A stretch of DNA of 63,078 nt, the filler included, from Stramenopiles sp. TOSAG23-6 (Eukaryota): NCBI GenBank assembly GCA_900128565.1. It is 23 parts of 23 records of this genome, joined end to end, with 100 filler letters (N's around TTAATTAATTAA, not from the genome) between each part and the next. Parts side by side here need not be neighbours in the genome. Positions count along the whole stretch, not along the records: positions 33,085 to 35,732 come from LT637901.1; positions 35,833 to 38,479 come from LT637902.1; positions 38,580 to 41,224 come from LT637903.1; positions 41,325 to 43,968 come from LT637904.1; positions 44,069 to 46,712 come from LT637905.1; positions 46,813 to 49,447 come from LT637906.1; 17 more parts are not named here. One strand, written 5' to 3'. Position 1 is the stretch's first letter. Each line of letters starts with the position of its first letter. The notes below the pieces were generated by a model that saw only the letters and a list, made by a program, of their open reading frames with translations, did no database searches and had not been told where the DNA came from. This document shows positions 34,576 to 46,926 of the stretch, piece by piece. The translations under genes and the position numbers were made by a program.

Positions 34576-35732
34576 TTAAGCGATTTGTTTTAAGAATTTG
34601 AACACTTTTTTGTGTCCATTTTTTTTTGCTATTATAAGACATTCCTCATGGACGTGTTTTTCCATTTGTCCATACAGACAAATGGATAATTTTAAATCTT
34701 TTAAATCATTATCCATGACGGCACTGATATATTTGTCTGTTTTTTTGNGAATAGTAAAATAAGAAATTTGTTAGAAAAATTAAATTAGAAAAAAATAAAT
34801 AAATCAAAAAAAAAAAAGAAAACGTACCATAACGAAAGAGGTATTTTTCATCTTCGCTGATTTCTGTTGAAATCACCAAGGGTGCTTTCGCGGGGTATCC
34901 ATCGTAAAGTTTTATCCTTTTCTTTGCGGTAGTGTCGTCATACACCTTACGCTTTTTGATACATATATAGTGAAAAAATATTTCAAAAAAACTTGTTAGC
35001 TATGAAATTTCGTACGAAAAAAAAATAAATTCGAAATTGAAAAAATAAAAAATACAACCTGGAGATCCACGTGTTTTAGAATTAGGTGAAATAGAACAAT
35101 CAAATCTAGGTGGACTAGTACGTGGAGTTTTAAAAGTATCATCGATATTATTATCATTATTGACGTTGGATGTACTTTTGATTTCATGATAAGAAGGTAA
35201 ATGTCGATGACCCAATTGAGTAGAAACAGGAGAATTACCTGCTGAACGAATCAAAGGACGATGTAATTTTTGGAAAATATTTTTTTTTTGTAAAATTTGA
35301 AAGATTGTTAGGTACAAAATTTCGTACGAAAACAAAAATGTAGAAAAAAAATTGAAAGAAAAACGTACATGACCCAATTGAGTAGAAACAGGAGAATTAC
35401 CTGCTGAACGAACACCAATCGAATCATGTTGAGAATTCTGCTCATGAGTATAACATCGAATATTATGACTAGAAAACTGAAGATGGCGAGGATCGGTGGA
35501 TATGTATTTTGGAAAAATATTTCAAAAACAAATCGTTAGGTACAACATTCAGTACGAAAAAAAAATCGAATTTGAAAAAAAAACATACATAGGAGCAAGC
35601 ATAAAGCCTGGAGGTGACTTATAACGATACATTGCACCATTTTCAGCAGCATTTGGACGATGCATTGCACCATTTTCAGCAGCATTTGAACGATACATTG
35701 CACCATTTTCAGCAGCATTTGAACGATACATT
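34576..35732 (-). CDS. Repetitive protein, 5'-partial, ending in an ankyrin-like segment; exons 35732-35589, 35501-35369, 35260-35059, 34962-34828, 34736-34576
   Basis: Three GT-AT introns and one GT-AG intron give a continuous ORF with MYRSNAAENGA repeats, duplicated RSAGNSPVSTQLGH and terminal CLIIAKKNGHKKVFKFL. Confidence 0.65.
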
Positions 35733-36250
35733 NNNNNNNNNNNNNNNNNNNNNNNNNNNNNNNNNNNNNNNNNNNNTTAATTAATTAANNNNNNNNNNNN
35801 NNNNNNNNNNNNNNNNNNNNNNNNNNNNNNNNCACTCCAAATTTTACAAACGCTTTAAACGTTGCAGCAGTTGTCATTATATTGTCGGTTTACTTTTGCC
35901 CAAATTTGAATTAAGCTACTTGCTTGGTATCGCCGTCAAAAAAAATTCAAGATTTTCCAAAAATAATATCTTTCACTTTTTATCCGTTGCCGTTTGCTAC
36001 GAAAATTCGTACCTAACGATTCATTATTCTCTCCCAAAAATAAAAAAGAACATTCCCCGGAAATTGCCACTCGCTCCCTTGTCTGTAGACAAATCAAAAT
36101 CAAGTACAAACTGAAAAAAAAAAAACAATCTTGAAAAACCGAATAGTACATTCAATACGAATTGAAATTGGATTCTTTTTTACAGATATTTAATCCCTGT
36201 ACATAGATTTAGTGTAAATATAGTTGTTCATTACGTGGTTCTTATAGATA

Positions 36251-37057
36251 ATGTCTCGTCGTGTAAAAAAGGTAAGTTCTACAATCGACCAACCAGTCAT
36301 GTAACTCAACTAACAATATTTTCTGTTACTTCCCAAGAGCCTTTTCATTCCCATTATCTTGTTCAGATATTCCTATTCAGAATACTATTTGAGTTATGTT
36401 ACAGTTTTAAATGATTTAGTGCCAGTTTTGCTGGCAATTTTCTTTTAATTTTGATGTAAACGGTACCTATCTTTCCATAAGTTTTCTCCACTAATCTTTT
36501 AAAAGTATTTTTATCTTCTTACTACAAAGGAAATGAAAAAAATGGGCGACCCCAATAATGAAGAATTTGCTGATGTACGTGCTGCATGTAAATTTCATCG
36601 TGGTGAAAGCCCATTAAAGTGGAACGTTTTGTTACAGGGTCCTCTGGGTTCACATTATGAAGGAAGTGAATATAGCGTCGTTTTAGAGTTCCCAGCGACG
36701 TATCCTTTTCGTGCTCCTACTGTTCGATTTCAACCCCCTATTTTTCATCCAAATGTCGAAATATCATCAGGAGAAATTTGTAAAGATGCATTGGAAGATA
36801 AATGGTCACCTTCATTGACTGTTGGTCACGTGTGTCGTATTCTAGTAAACTTATTAGCTCATCCTAACACAGATGCTCCCGTCAATGCAGCTGCCACAAA
36901 ACTCATACTAGAAAATCCAGTCGCTTTCCGTTCCGCAATAATATCTCATGATTCTCGCAATGGTTTGTCAGGTAAAGTCTCGTCAGAAGGGAAGACGACT
37001 CGATGCTTTTCTCCAAGTCCAGAAAATAATCACATGGACCGAGGTCTCATTGAGTAA
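36251..37057 (+). CDS. Ubiquitin-conjugating enzyme E2; exons 36251-36271, 36530-37057
   Basis: MSRRVKK|EMKK, GPLGSHYEG, FPATYPFRAP, FHPNVE..GEIC (catalytic Cys), WSP. Canonical GTAAGT...CTAAT...AAG intron at 36272-36529. Confidence 0.92.
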
Positions 37058-37327
37058 TTGTCTCATTGAATAATATTGAACTAGTATTAAACTACTAGTA
37101 TTAAACTACTAGTATTGAACTAGATATGAACTTATTTCGTTTTTGTGAATTTGTTTTAAGTAGTAAGTCTTAAAGATTCGTATATATATATATAATTAAT
37201 AAGCGTCAAATTAACTAACAGAATAGTGGTGCAGTGACGTTGGAGAAAATCAGGTTATTATCATTATAAAACCATATTTGTAATATCAAAAATGTACTTA
37301 TTATTTTATAGATTACTTTTAACAATA

Positions 37328-38458
37328 TTACAAGTCATCAGCAGCCATTTCCTCAACTGAAGGACAAGTACACATTAAATTGCGGTCTCCGTATACATTG
37401 TCAATTCGAGCGACAGTTGGCCAAAACTTAGATTCGCGAGTTTCTTTTGATGGAAATGCAGCAACTTCTCGAGAATATTGATGGTCCCAATTATCTGTCA
37501 TCACCATAAACTGTGTGTGAGGGGCATTCTTCAAAGGATTGTCTAGTTTATCCATCCGACCCTCTTCAATATCACGAATTTCTTGACGGATTGACAACAT
37601 CGCATCACAAAACCTATCGAGTTCTTTCTTAGATTCACTCTCTGTTGGCTCTACCATGAGTGTTCCCGGAACAGGCCAAGACATTGTAGGAGCATGAAAG
37701 CCATAATCTTGCAATCGTTTCGCTACGTCCTCTTCTACAATACCTGCAGTTGCTTTGAATGGCCTCATATCAGCAATAAATTCGTGTGCACAATAACCAC
37801 TTGATCCTGTATATAAAATATCATATGATTCTTCAAGTCGCTTTGCCATATAATTTGCATTTAGAATAGCTATGGAAGTACAATCACGTAACTGTGAACC
37901 AAGCATATGTATATACATCCAAGAAATAGGTAAAATACCTGCACTTCCGTACGGAGCAGCAGCAACAGCACCATCTGATTTTAAAACAGTATTATCGCCT
38001 TCGCCACTCGCTGAAATGACTGAATGCCCAGGTAAAAACGGTGCTAAATGTCTCGCAACACCAATAGAACCAACACCTGGACCACCACCACCATGCGGAA
38101 TACAAAAAGTTTTATGTAAATTTAAATGACACACATCTGCTCCAATATTTCCAGGAGAAGTATACCCTACTTGAGCGTTCATATTAGCACCATCCATATA
38201 TACTTGACCACCATGCGTATGTACAGTATCAATTATCTCAACAATTCCTTCTTCGAATACTCCAAAAGTAGATGGATATGTGACCATCAGTGCAGCAAGA
38301 TTATCCTTGTGTTTTTCTGCTTTTTCTTTCAAATCTTCCATATCAACATCACCACTTTCTACAGTCTTAATTGGTACTACTTTCATACCTGCTTGGACTG
38401 CAGATGCAGGATTGGTTCCATGCGCTGATGTTGGAATTAAACATATATTCCGATTATG
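37328..38458 (-). CDS. GLDC: Glycine cleavage system P protein (glycine decarboxylase), terminal exon
   Basis: [73 protein letters not shown]. The upstream intron ends TTCCAAAATACAT. Confidence 0.97.
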   Translation of the reverse strand, partial: HNRNICLIPTSAHGTNPASAVQAGMKVVPIKTVESGDVDMEDLKEKAEKHKDNLAALMVTYPSTFGVFEEGIVEIIDTVHTHGGQVYMDGANMNAQVGYTSPGNIGADVCHLNLHKTFCIPHGGGGPGVGSIGVARHLAPFLPGHSVISASGEGDNTVLKSDGAVAAAPYGSAGILPISWMYIHMLGSQLRDCTSIAILNANYMAKRLEESYDILYTGSSGYCAHEFIADMRPFKATAGIVEEDVAKRLQDYGFHAPTMSWPVPGTLMVEPTESESKKELDRFCDAMLSIRQEIRDIEEGRMDKLDNPLKNAPHTQFMVMTDNWDHQYSREVAAFPSKETRESKFWPTVARIDNVYGDRNLMCTCPSVEEMAADDL

Positions 38459-38579
38459 ATGTATTTTGGAAAAATATTTNNNNNNNNNNNNNNNNNNNNN
38501 NNNNNNNNNNNNNNNNNNNNNNNTTAATTAATTAANNNNNNNNNNNNNNNNNNNNNNNNNNNNNNNNNNNNNNNNNNNN

Positions 38580-39352
38580 TCTTTATCTTTGACCAGGGCA
38601 ATAATTTCGGATTCTAATTCATTTATTGCGTCTAGTTTGGAGTTCTCTTTCTGCTTGTCTCTATGTTTTGGGCGGTGTTTTACATTCAATACGCGTTCTT
38701 TTTTATTACTTACATGCCATATTTCGGTATTTTGTTTTTCATATTCCGACTTTTTTATCATTCTTTCATGTTCAAGCGAACCTTGTGTCCCTTCTTTCTT
38801 ATTCAAAGAACCTCGATGCAACGGTATAAGTTTTCGATGTGTTCGTTTTTTACGAGGACTTCTACGCGGAGAAGTATTTACTTGTTTTGACCTTGTACTT
38901 TCTAAAAACAGTCGGTACTCATCTGCCATTTCTGGTGAGAGACAGTTATAATCTATTTCATCGTTTTTACTTAACGCTTTAGATGTAATTATTTCCATAC
39001 CACGTTGAGCGCGGTATTGGTTTATATATTGCATTGAATCATTAACAGCATTTTTTGCTTCGTCGAGTACATCTTTTACTTTATCGTCTACTTTATCTGA
39101 TATTTGATTTCGATTTACGTGATTACCTTGTTCCATCGATGACTTTGAGCGTTTTGGTTTTAATTTATAACGTGGCGAACTACTAAACAAATTCTTGTTG
39201 GAAATATCTTTTACACTCAGTTCACTATTCCAGGTTTTTATAAGCTTTTCACGTTTTTTTCTCTGCTTTAGGCGTTGAACCTTTACGGACAACATTGTTT
39301 TGTCAAGATCGGCAATAACACTATTTATACTTTCTTCCCAAGGAGAGGCCAT
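38580..39352 (-). CDS. Paralog of the adjacent calflagin-like gene, 3'-partial
   Basis: N-terminus PWEESINSVIADLDKTMLS..RLKQR is similar to the neighbour, and both run into identical DAINELESEIIALVKDK. Confidence 0.7.
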
Positions 39353-39689
39353 TATTATTATTTCAAGATAAATACAAAACACGTTAATGGATCTCTATCC
39401 GCCAATCTGTATATCTACCATGGGCATTTGTTCCCTTTAAGACCAACGTGAAAACTATTGAAATAGCAATGAACCTAATAAGTACGTGTAACTCATGCAA
39501 GATATTATTTTGCTAGTCAAATGAAATGATTAGATTATTTTTTACGGTTTCAAAAACGTTTCGGACTTGACTTGACTTGAGTCAGCGATGATTAATTATA
39601 TCTTAATACTTACGGTAGTAGATTGCAATTTTAGATCTGAATTGCTCCTTTCTTTGAATTAAATATACGACACATCTGGATGTATTGCA

Positions 39690-41224
39690 ATGAGTAATAT
39701 GTCGAATTCATGGGAGGATGCTATTGACAGTGTTATTGCTGACTTGGATAACACAATGCTTTCGGCAAAAATACATCGTTTAAAGCAGCGGCGTCAGCAA
39801 TCGAGGTTGATTAAACATTTTGAAAGTGAACGCCTTGCAGAGGCTCAGAGTCAACGAGAGGCGCGCCAGTCAAACTACGTTTTAAAGAATATGCAACGAT
39901 TAAAAGTTGCGGCGAAACTTATTCCGGATCCAAAGACAGTTTGTTCAAAACCATTATCTGATAGCAAAGATGATTACTTGTGGAATCAAGTTACTGCGGA
40001 AGTCAAAGATGCTGTCAAAAAAGCTGAAGTTGCAGTCTTTGAGTCAAAGTCATATATTAAGCAATATCGGCATAGAAAAGGTTTTTTACCTGGAGAGGAT
40101 AGAGTATCTCCTAAAAACAATGTCTCAGATTTGTCCTATTTATCCTCACAAATGTCACAGGATTATCAAACTTTTCTCGAAAGTCTTCAAAGGAAATCTG
40201 GTTTGAAAAAATCACAACCACATAAAATGAAAGCTTCAAAAGCACATGNACAAACAAAGTCAAGGTTGAACGGTAAGAAGAATGGAAAACATAAACACAG
40301 CACTGCCCTTGTTAGCTCAAATGTGAAAGTATTAGATTCACGTGAAACGACAATAAAAAAATTAGAAAAACAGATTCTACATCTTACTAACTCTCCTGGT
40401 AGTAAAAACGAACTTCTATCCTTGTGGAACGCAATGGATAAAAATGGAAACGGAATTTGTTCATTAGCTGAGGTGGATTGTTTCATTGTAGAAACATTTC
40501 CGGTTTTAAACTCTAAACCTGTGTTATTACAGGCTTACAATACAACTTGTCGCCAAGGAAATAACCCTAACCGAAGTGACACTTCTTGGGTGTATAAAAA
40601 AGATTTTTGTACTCTTTTACGAAATATTTTCTATTTCACTCGAGCCTGGGATGTATTCGAAATAATTGATGAAAATCATGATCGTCGGATTACTCTTGAT
40701 GAGTTTATAGCAGCCAAGGAATATCTTGGTTTGAATATTTCAGATTATAATGCTGAAAAAGAATTTCAAAATATTGATAAAGATGGTGGCGGTATGGTAC
40801 TGTTTGGTGAATATTGTCTTTGGCTGGCGTATTTTACACAGGATTTAGAAATCCTTGAAACAAGAATGGTTGCAAACGCTGGTGAAATAAAGCAAAAATT
40901 GCAAACTAATGGCATGATAAAACACAACAAATCAAGTTCAAGGCCAAAACGAAGTAAAAAGCATGTGAGCTCGAATAGAATGCCAGGAAGACGCAAAGCA
41001 ATTCGACGAGCCAGTGCGGCACTTGCAGCTGGAGAAGTACCTGATAAACAAGATTTGAAAGCGCTTCGACTGCATCAAAGACGACAAAAAGAACGGAATG
41101 GTAAGGTAAAAACTACCCCATCTAGTAAATGTCAAAGTCTTCCATCCATTACATTTCAAAATAAAAAAATAGACGCAATAAATGAATTAGAATCCGAAAT
41201 TATTGCCCTGGTCAAAGATAAAGA
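39690..41224 (+). CDS. EF-hand protein with a flagellar calcium-binding (calflagin-like) domain, 3'-partial
   Basis: LWNAMDKNGNGICSLAEVD, FPVLNSKPVLLQAY, IDENHDRRITLDEF, IDKDGGGMVLFGEYCLW. Confidence 0.8.
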
Positions 41225-41324
41225 NNNNNNNNNNNNNNNNNNNNNNNNNNNNNNNNNNNNNNNNNNNNTTAATTAATTAANNNNNNNNNNNNNNNNNNNN
41301 NNNNNNNNNNNNNNNNNNNNNNNN

Positions 41325-43968
41325 CTTTCGCTTCTGCTTTTTTCTTTTCTTTAGCTTCTGCTGCTAATGTTGCTTCTAATTTTGCTGTAGTTTTCGTGTC
41401 CAAAAAAGTAGAAGATACATTGGTCGTTTGACCTATTTTTTTCGTATAGTTTGGTTTCAGACTACTCGCTGTGTTCATTCGACTCCGACTTCGTGATTCC
41501 GGAGTGTATATAAGTCTCCTACTTGATTCTCTACTTTGAATCAATGCTGAATAGTTGTGTTTATGTTTCACCGTATTATGTAGCATTTTCGATTGTACTG
41601 GTACATTTTCATTTGGAATTTCATTATACGACATTTTCGATTGTAATGATATATTTTCACTTGGAATTCCCGAGGGATTCATTTCATATTCTTCTTCTTC
41701 TTTCAAACGAATCTGTTTTGTATCTGGATTAGTTTTAGGGCGACCGGCTTTCATCCGCTCTTCTAATTCATCCATCATATTTTGATTTGATTCATCAGTT
41801 TGTTCAAAAGAAGACTCAAATATTTCTGTGACATCATTATCGGATTCGTTATTCGATTTCGTTATTTTATCATCCAATATGGTAATGTTATTTTCTTTTT
41901 CTGGTTCCCTTTTTGCTTCCTTTTGCGTCTCATCATGTGGAGTGTACTGATGAATGATTTCCTTCATACTACGAAACATTTCTTCACCAGCATCTTCAAC
42001 TAACTCAATATCGTGTTGTATTCTACTTATGAAACCTCTATGTTTATGTTTATCGACGTCTGGTGTTTTCGCATTCACCTTGCTTGCATTTTCTACATTA
42101 GCTGTACTTGAAATATCCAACTTGGTATTTGAATGTTTTAATTTCTCTTTTGCAATCTTGAAAGATTTTAGTGTTTGAGAATCTCCAGCTTTTTTACTTG
42201 GATTAGCCACATCTTTGGTCTCTTTATTTATTATACAAACTCCTCTTGCAACTTTTCTTTTCTTAAAAACAGCGTTATTCGTATCTTTCGCAGTAACCTT
42301 ACACACAGGGGGCGGTGGGGCATCATACATCGGATCTTTGATTCTCCGCTTTGGAGGAGTATCATATATCATACCTTTGTTCATCTTATATTTCTTTTTC
42401 CTTTGTTCACGAATATATGTCACTAATGATAAAATATCACTCTCGCGCATATGTACTTCTTTCAATTCTAGAATAAGCTTTTTTTCCGAAAGATTCTTCA
42501 TCCAATCTTGGACTGAATTTATTTTTTTGGATCGTTGCAATAATTTTAGGTTTCGGCGTTTTACATATTTGTCTCGCTGAATTTTTCGCCTATCGTTACG
42601 CTTTGAGTAATAAATTGTAGTTCTTTTCTTTGATTTTTTCAGTTTTTTCCGTCGCTTGTTCTTCTTACCAATCACTTTCCTTTTATTTGTGGCTCTCTTC
42701 ATGACCATGGCTTGATCCTGGATATACTGGCAATCTATTTTAGAAAGTCCAATAGTATTGAGTACATTATCTGATGCTCTCTGAAGATCAGCAATAAAAA
42801 ACAATCCCATAGATTCAATTTTTGATCGATATTTCCATAAATTATCATTTGTTTGAAGTACTTTTGTAATTAACATTTTTTCAGCCCAAGATTCATCAAG
42901 AGTATTTAGTGGACTGGTGCCCTTAACACTCGATTCAACCAAAGATTTCGACTTTTCATTTTCTAGAGGCCGTGATATTTCCAATAAACGATTCATGCTC
43001 TCTTTGCAATGAATATTTGATTTATAATTTTTCATAGCAAGTATTTCTGTGGGCTGTCGTTTCGTTCGCTCACTTGCAATGCTCGCAGAAAGATCAACTG
43101 CATTTGGTTTATTTGTGATCTCAACTTTCCATTTCTCTGAAATATGCTTTGCTCGATCATTGGTTCTAGGTTTGAATACTTTTGTTTGAAGGCCAAGAAT
43201 AGTAGATAGTTTCTCGATAAATCCGACAGATGTACTATCCAAGTCATTCATGATAATTGCAGCACACGTTTCATCAGGAAAATATATATCGATTTTAGGC
43301 GGATATACGCGATAAATATCAGCTACCGAACACCTCAAAACTTTAGCCTTTGCAAAATACACCAACGTTTGAATTTTAAAACGCAAAATGAGCAAACTCA
43401 TAGTTGTTTGCTTATATCGAGTTTGCGAACAACTGCTTCTAAATGATCTAAAGAAATGTTCAATCTGAAGACGTTCAGTTGGCGATAATTTGACAAGTTC
43501 CAAGGCAAAAAAATGTTCTTTTTTTTTTTGTCATGTCTACAATATTGGCATTGCAATAAGCAACAACATACCGATCTTCACTTTGATTTTCTTGGTCATT
43601 ATTAAATGTTTTCGTGGTTATGTGCAAGATATTCGCTAATTTATGTACTACACGGCGACTACTTCCTCTCATACATGGAAACTTATGAGAAGTATCTTTA
43701 CCATTGGTGGCAGCTTTATCTTTCAGACGTAATAAATGCGCAAGGGTCTCATTTGTAAAATTTTCAAAAGATTTACTATTTCGACTTTGTTCTTTTTCAT
43801 ATATAAAAAATGTGACAATCTTTTTCTGTATAGTATTAGATAGCTGAGCTCGGAGCCTTTCAAGATCTTTTGCAAGATCTTTCCTAAGGACTTTTTTATA
43901 TTGATGTACATTTGCAGATTGATTCTTTTTTCCTGGAAGAAATTGTGATTTCACCTCTTTAACTTGCG
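41325..43968 (-). CDS. Large protein with R3H and SAM-like domains, partial, frameshifted in an A-tract near 43520
   Basis: FPCMRGSSRRVVHKLA (R3H) in ORF 43475-43954. The overlapping ORF continues with LWKYRSKIESMGL..DL..IGLSK (SAM-like). Confidence 0.55.
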
Positions 43969-44069
43969 NNNNNNNNNNNNNNNNNNNNNNNNNNNNNNNN
44001 NNNNNNNNNNNNTTAATTAATTAANNNNNNNNNNNNNNNNNNNNNNNNNNNNNNNNNNNNNNNNNNNNA

Positions 44070-44253
44070 GGCACATCATTACCCTAACCCTAATAACCCT
44101 AATATTGTTAATAAAGACAAAATTGAAAAAAAAAACACTAGAACTAGTAAGAGGACAAATGATAATTATTATCATGCTAATCCAGATGATGCAATGAATG
44201 ACAATATCAATAGTAGTGATGATCAATGTGGGATTTATAATTATCAGAAATAA
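44070..44253 (+). CDS. 3' end of an Asn-rich protein
   Basis: Open frame AHHYPNPNNPN...YNYQK* from the contig start. Confidence 0.4.
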
Positions 44254-44379
44254 AAATTAATCAACGAGATTTATAATTTATTTTTGTTTTTTTTGGGAAG
44301 TACAGATACAGTTTCTTTTTAACATGCAATCAGCTACTCTAAAGAATAAGGATAATAAGGAAAGTCCTACAGTAGATAC

Positions 44380-45186
44380 CTAGATAGCGACCTTCGCATC
44401 CTTAAGCAAGTCGCATAGCGTGGAAAAGTCAATTTTCCCATTATATCCATTCTCATCCAATATTTGATACAGCTCTTCATCACCAACAAATGTATCACGG
44501 AAATAGTTAATAAACAGTGCAAGTCCAAAAGAGTCCAATCCTTCTGCATCGTTGCAATTCGGAAAAAGTTCAACAATGATTTGAAATATTTTTTGTACTT
44601 CATCGAAAGAAACGTGTGGTGTAAAGAACGTTGTATCTTTTCCATAACGTACTTGCAATAGTCTCATCTTTCCAAGATAGTCAATATCTGCTTGTTTGAC
44701 GTCCTCAATGAACCCTGGATTGGCCTGAGTTTGACCATCCGTACTATCCATAGTTTGGCTCTTTGCACTAACACCATCCGTACTACCCATACTTTGGTCT
44801 TTTTCACTGCCAAAACTTGAAGAATGAGTCAACATATTTGATAGATGGGTTTTTTGAGCTTCAATATGAGCTGAATAGTCTTTCATCATTCGTTTGTAAG
44901 CTTCTATAAGTGCTTCCTGTTGAGCACGCAATCGAACTTTGTATGAAGAGAGTGGTTTAGCAGTCACTTTTCTCGAAACCTCAGATTCATTATATCTAAA
45001 CACAACAGGAATACCGAGTGATGCTAGAAATTCCTTACGTTCTCTTCCTCCCATTTTTCTTCTTGGTACTCTTCCCACTACTTTATGAGAATCCTGAGAA
45101 TCAGCAGCACTAGCAGTTGAGAGCAAAAAGATACATACCAACCATCCTAGTGTTACGATACTTGAGAGAGGAAGTGACTTTCGCAT
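44380..45186 (-). CDS. Secreted protein with a C-terminal EF-hand-like motif
   Basis: Signal peptide MRKSLPLSSIVTLGWLVCIFLLSTASA; ILDENGYNGKIDFSTL. Confidence 0.6.
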   Translation of the reverse strand: MRKSLPLSSIVTLGWLVCIFLLSTASAADSQDSHKVVGRVPRRKMGGRERKEFLASLGIPVVFRYNESEVSRKVTAKPLSSYKVRLRAQQEALIEAYKRMMKDYSAHIEAQKTHLSNMLTHSSSFGSEKDQSMGSTDGVSAKSQTMDSTDGQTQANPGFIEDVKQADIDYLGKMRLLQVRYGKDTTFFTPHVSFDEVQKIFQIIVELFPNCNDAEGLDSFGLALFINYFRDTFVGDEELYQILDENGYNGKIDFSTLCDLLKDAKVAI

Positions 45187-45501
45187 GGTGACTTGGGATA
45201 TAGTACAGTTGGGTATATTTGGTTTAATGAAGTGGCTACTATTATAATTGAATGATATTATAATTGAATGGTACTTCAATGTACAAACTCCGCAGTCTAT
45301 TCCCGAACTTGGAGCACTCGAAGTAAAGTCCTATGTCATAGTCCTATATGGTTTGGCCGCGCGCACTGACTCCATTCAAATGTCCTTTTGGCCAGCGCCA
45401 ATTTTGTATATACCTAAACAAAAAAAAACTTTTCAAAACATTTTTTTTAATTATCAAAATTAATAATAATTAGTCAAATAGCGTCTTGTTTTCATTTGAT
45501 T

Positions 45502-46712
45502 TCAACCTGCAAGACCTTCCAAGACAGCTCCTACACCAGAGCCGATAGATCCTACAACAGAGCCGGTACCTTCCACGAGACCTAATACACCAGAGCCCAT
45601 ACCTTGCAGGAGAGATGCTATATCAGAGCCAACAGAAGATAATTCTGAAAGTCCTCCTAAAAGTTCATTCCCTACATCAATGCCAATATCAATATCCTCA
45701 AAGTTAGTCAATTCTGGATCTTGAGTTCCAGAAGAGACCAAAGTGACAGTTTCCAGAGGATCTTGGTCAGAACCAACGTCACTTGAAATTGGCATATCTT
45801 GCAAAACTCCACCATCAGAAGCAGAAATTCCTGCAGATGTGTTTCCAACATCAGAAGCAGAAATTCCTGCAGATGTGTTTCCAACATCACTAGCAGTATC
45901 TGCTACAGGTGTGTTATTACCATAAGTACCATACAACCCGTATGCACCATACGGGTATGTACCATAGCCATAACCATAACCATAACCATAACACCAGCTT
46001 AGCACAATACAAGGTGCAAAGTCATCCCAATACACTACGTCGTTTTGATTGAAATGTACTCCACAATTGATAATTTTTTTCTTTTCGTCTTCAGTGGGTT
46101 CTTCCTCTTTCAACTTTGTATAGCGTTCTTCACCGAGTTCATTGAATAAACAGTTTTTTATTTTTTGTTTATCTGTTTCATCTTGTGTTGATTGTTTTTG
46201 TAGTTTTTGTAAATGTACTCTTTTGAATCTAATTTTTTCTTTTTCATGTTTTTGTGCTTCATTTTTTTTCTTACGTACATTTAAATGGTNNNNNNNNNNN
46301 NNNNNNNNNNNNNNNNNNNNNNNNNNNNNNNNNNNNNNNNNNNNNNNNNNNNNNNNNNNTTTTGATTAATTTCGTGAGAGCTTCTTTTTGCTGTTGATGT
46401 ATATCATCGAGACTCTTTACTGCTTCTTGTTGCTGTTTTTCGAGATTTTGGAGATCCTCTCGATTACCAATACCAATTCCTCTATGATTTTGAGTATTTT
46501 GAGTACTTTTTGTTTCATGATCTGCTATCTGTTTCTTATGGCGAAGTTCTAAATTTTGTTTGTCTTCTTTATGCTTTTGTTTTTGTTTTTCTTTTATCTT
46601 TTTTAAAAACGTATTATACATTTCAACTTCAATGGCCTGTTTCCGTTTTTGTAAAAAAAGTACAAATGTTTGAAATGTACTTTCACCCATATGGAGTAAC
46701 TTCTCTGTAATT
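45502..46712 (-). CDS. Coiled-coil plus Gly/Tyr- and Gly/Ser-rich low-complexity protein, partial, spanning an N gap
   Basis: ORFs 46271-46690 and 45502-46113 lie on the same strand either side of the gap. Confidence 0.5.
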
Positions 46713-46823
46713 NNNNNNNNNNNNNNNNNNNNNNNNNNNNNNNNNNNNNNNNNNNNTTAATTAATTAANNNNNNNNNNNNNNNNNNNNNNNNNNNNNNNN
46801 NNNNNNNNNNNNTAAAAAAATGT

Positions 46824-46859
<36 letters not shown>

Positions 46860-46926
46860 GTTAGGTAAAAAATTTCGTATGAAAACCAAAAAAAAAAAAA
46901 AAAAAAAATTCATAATGAAAAAATAC

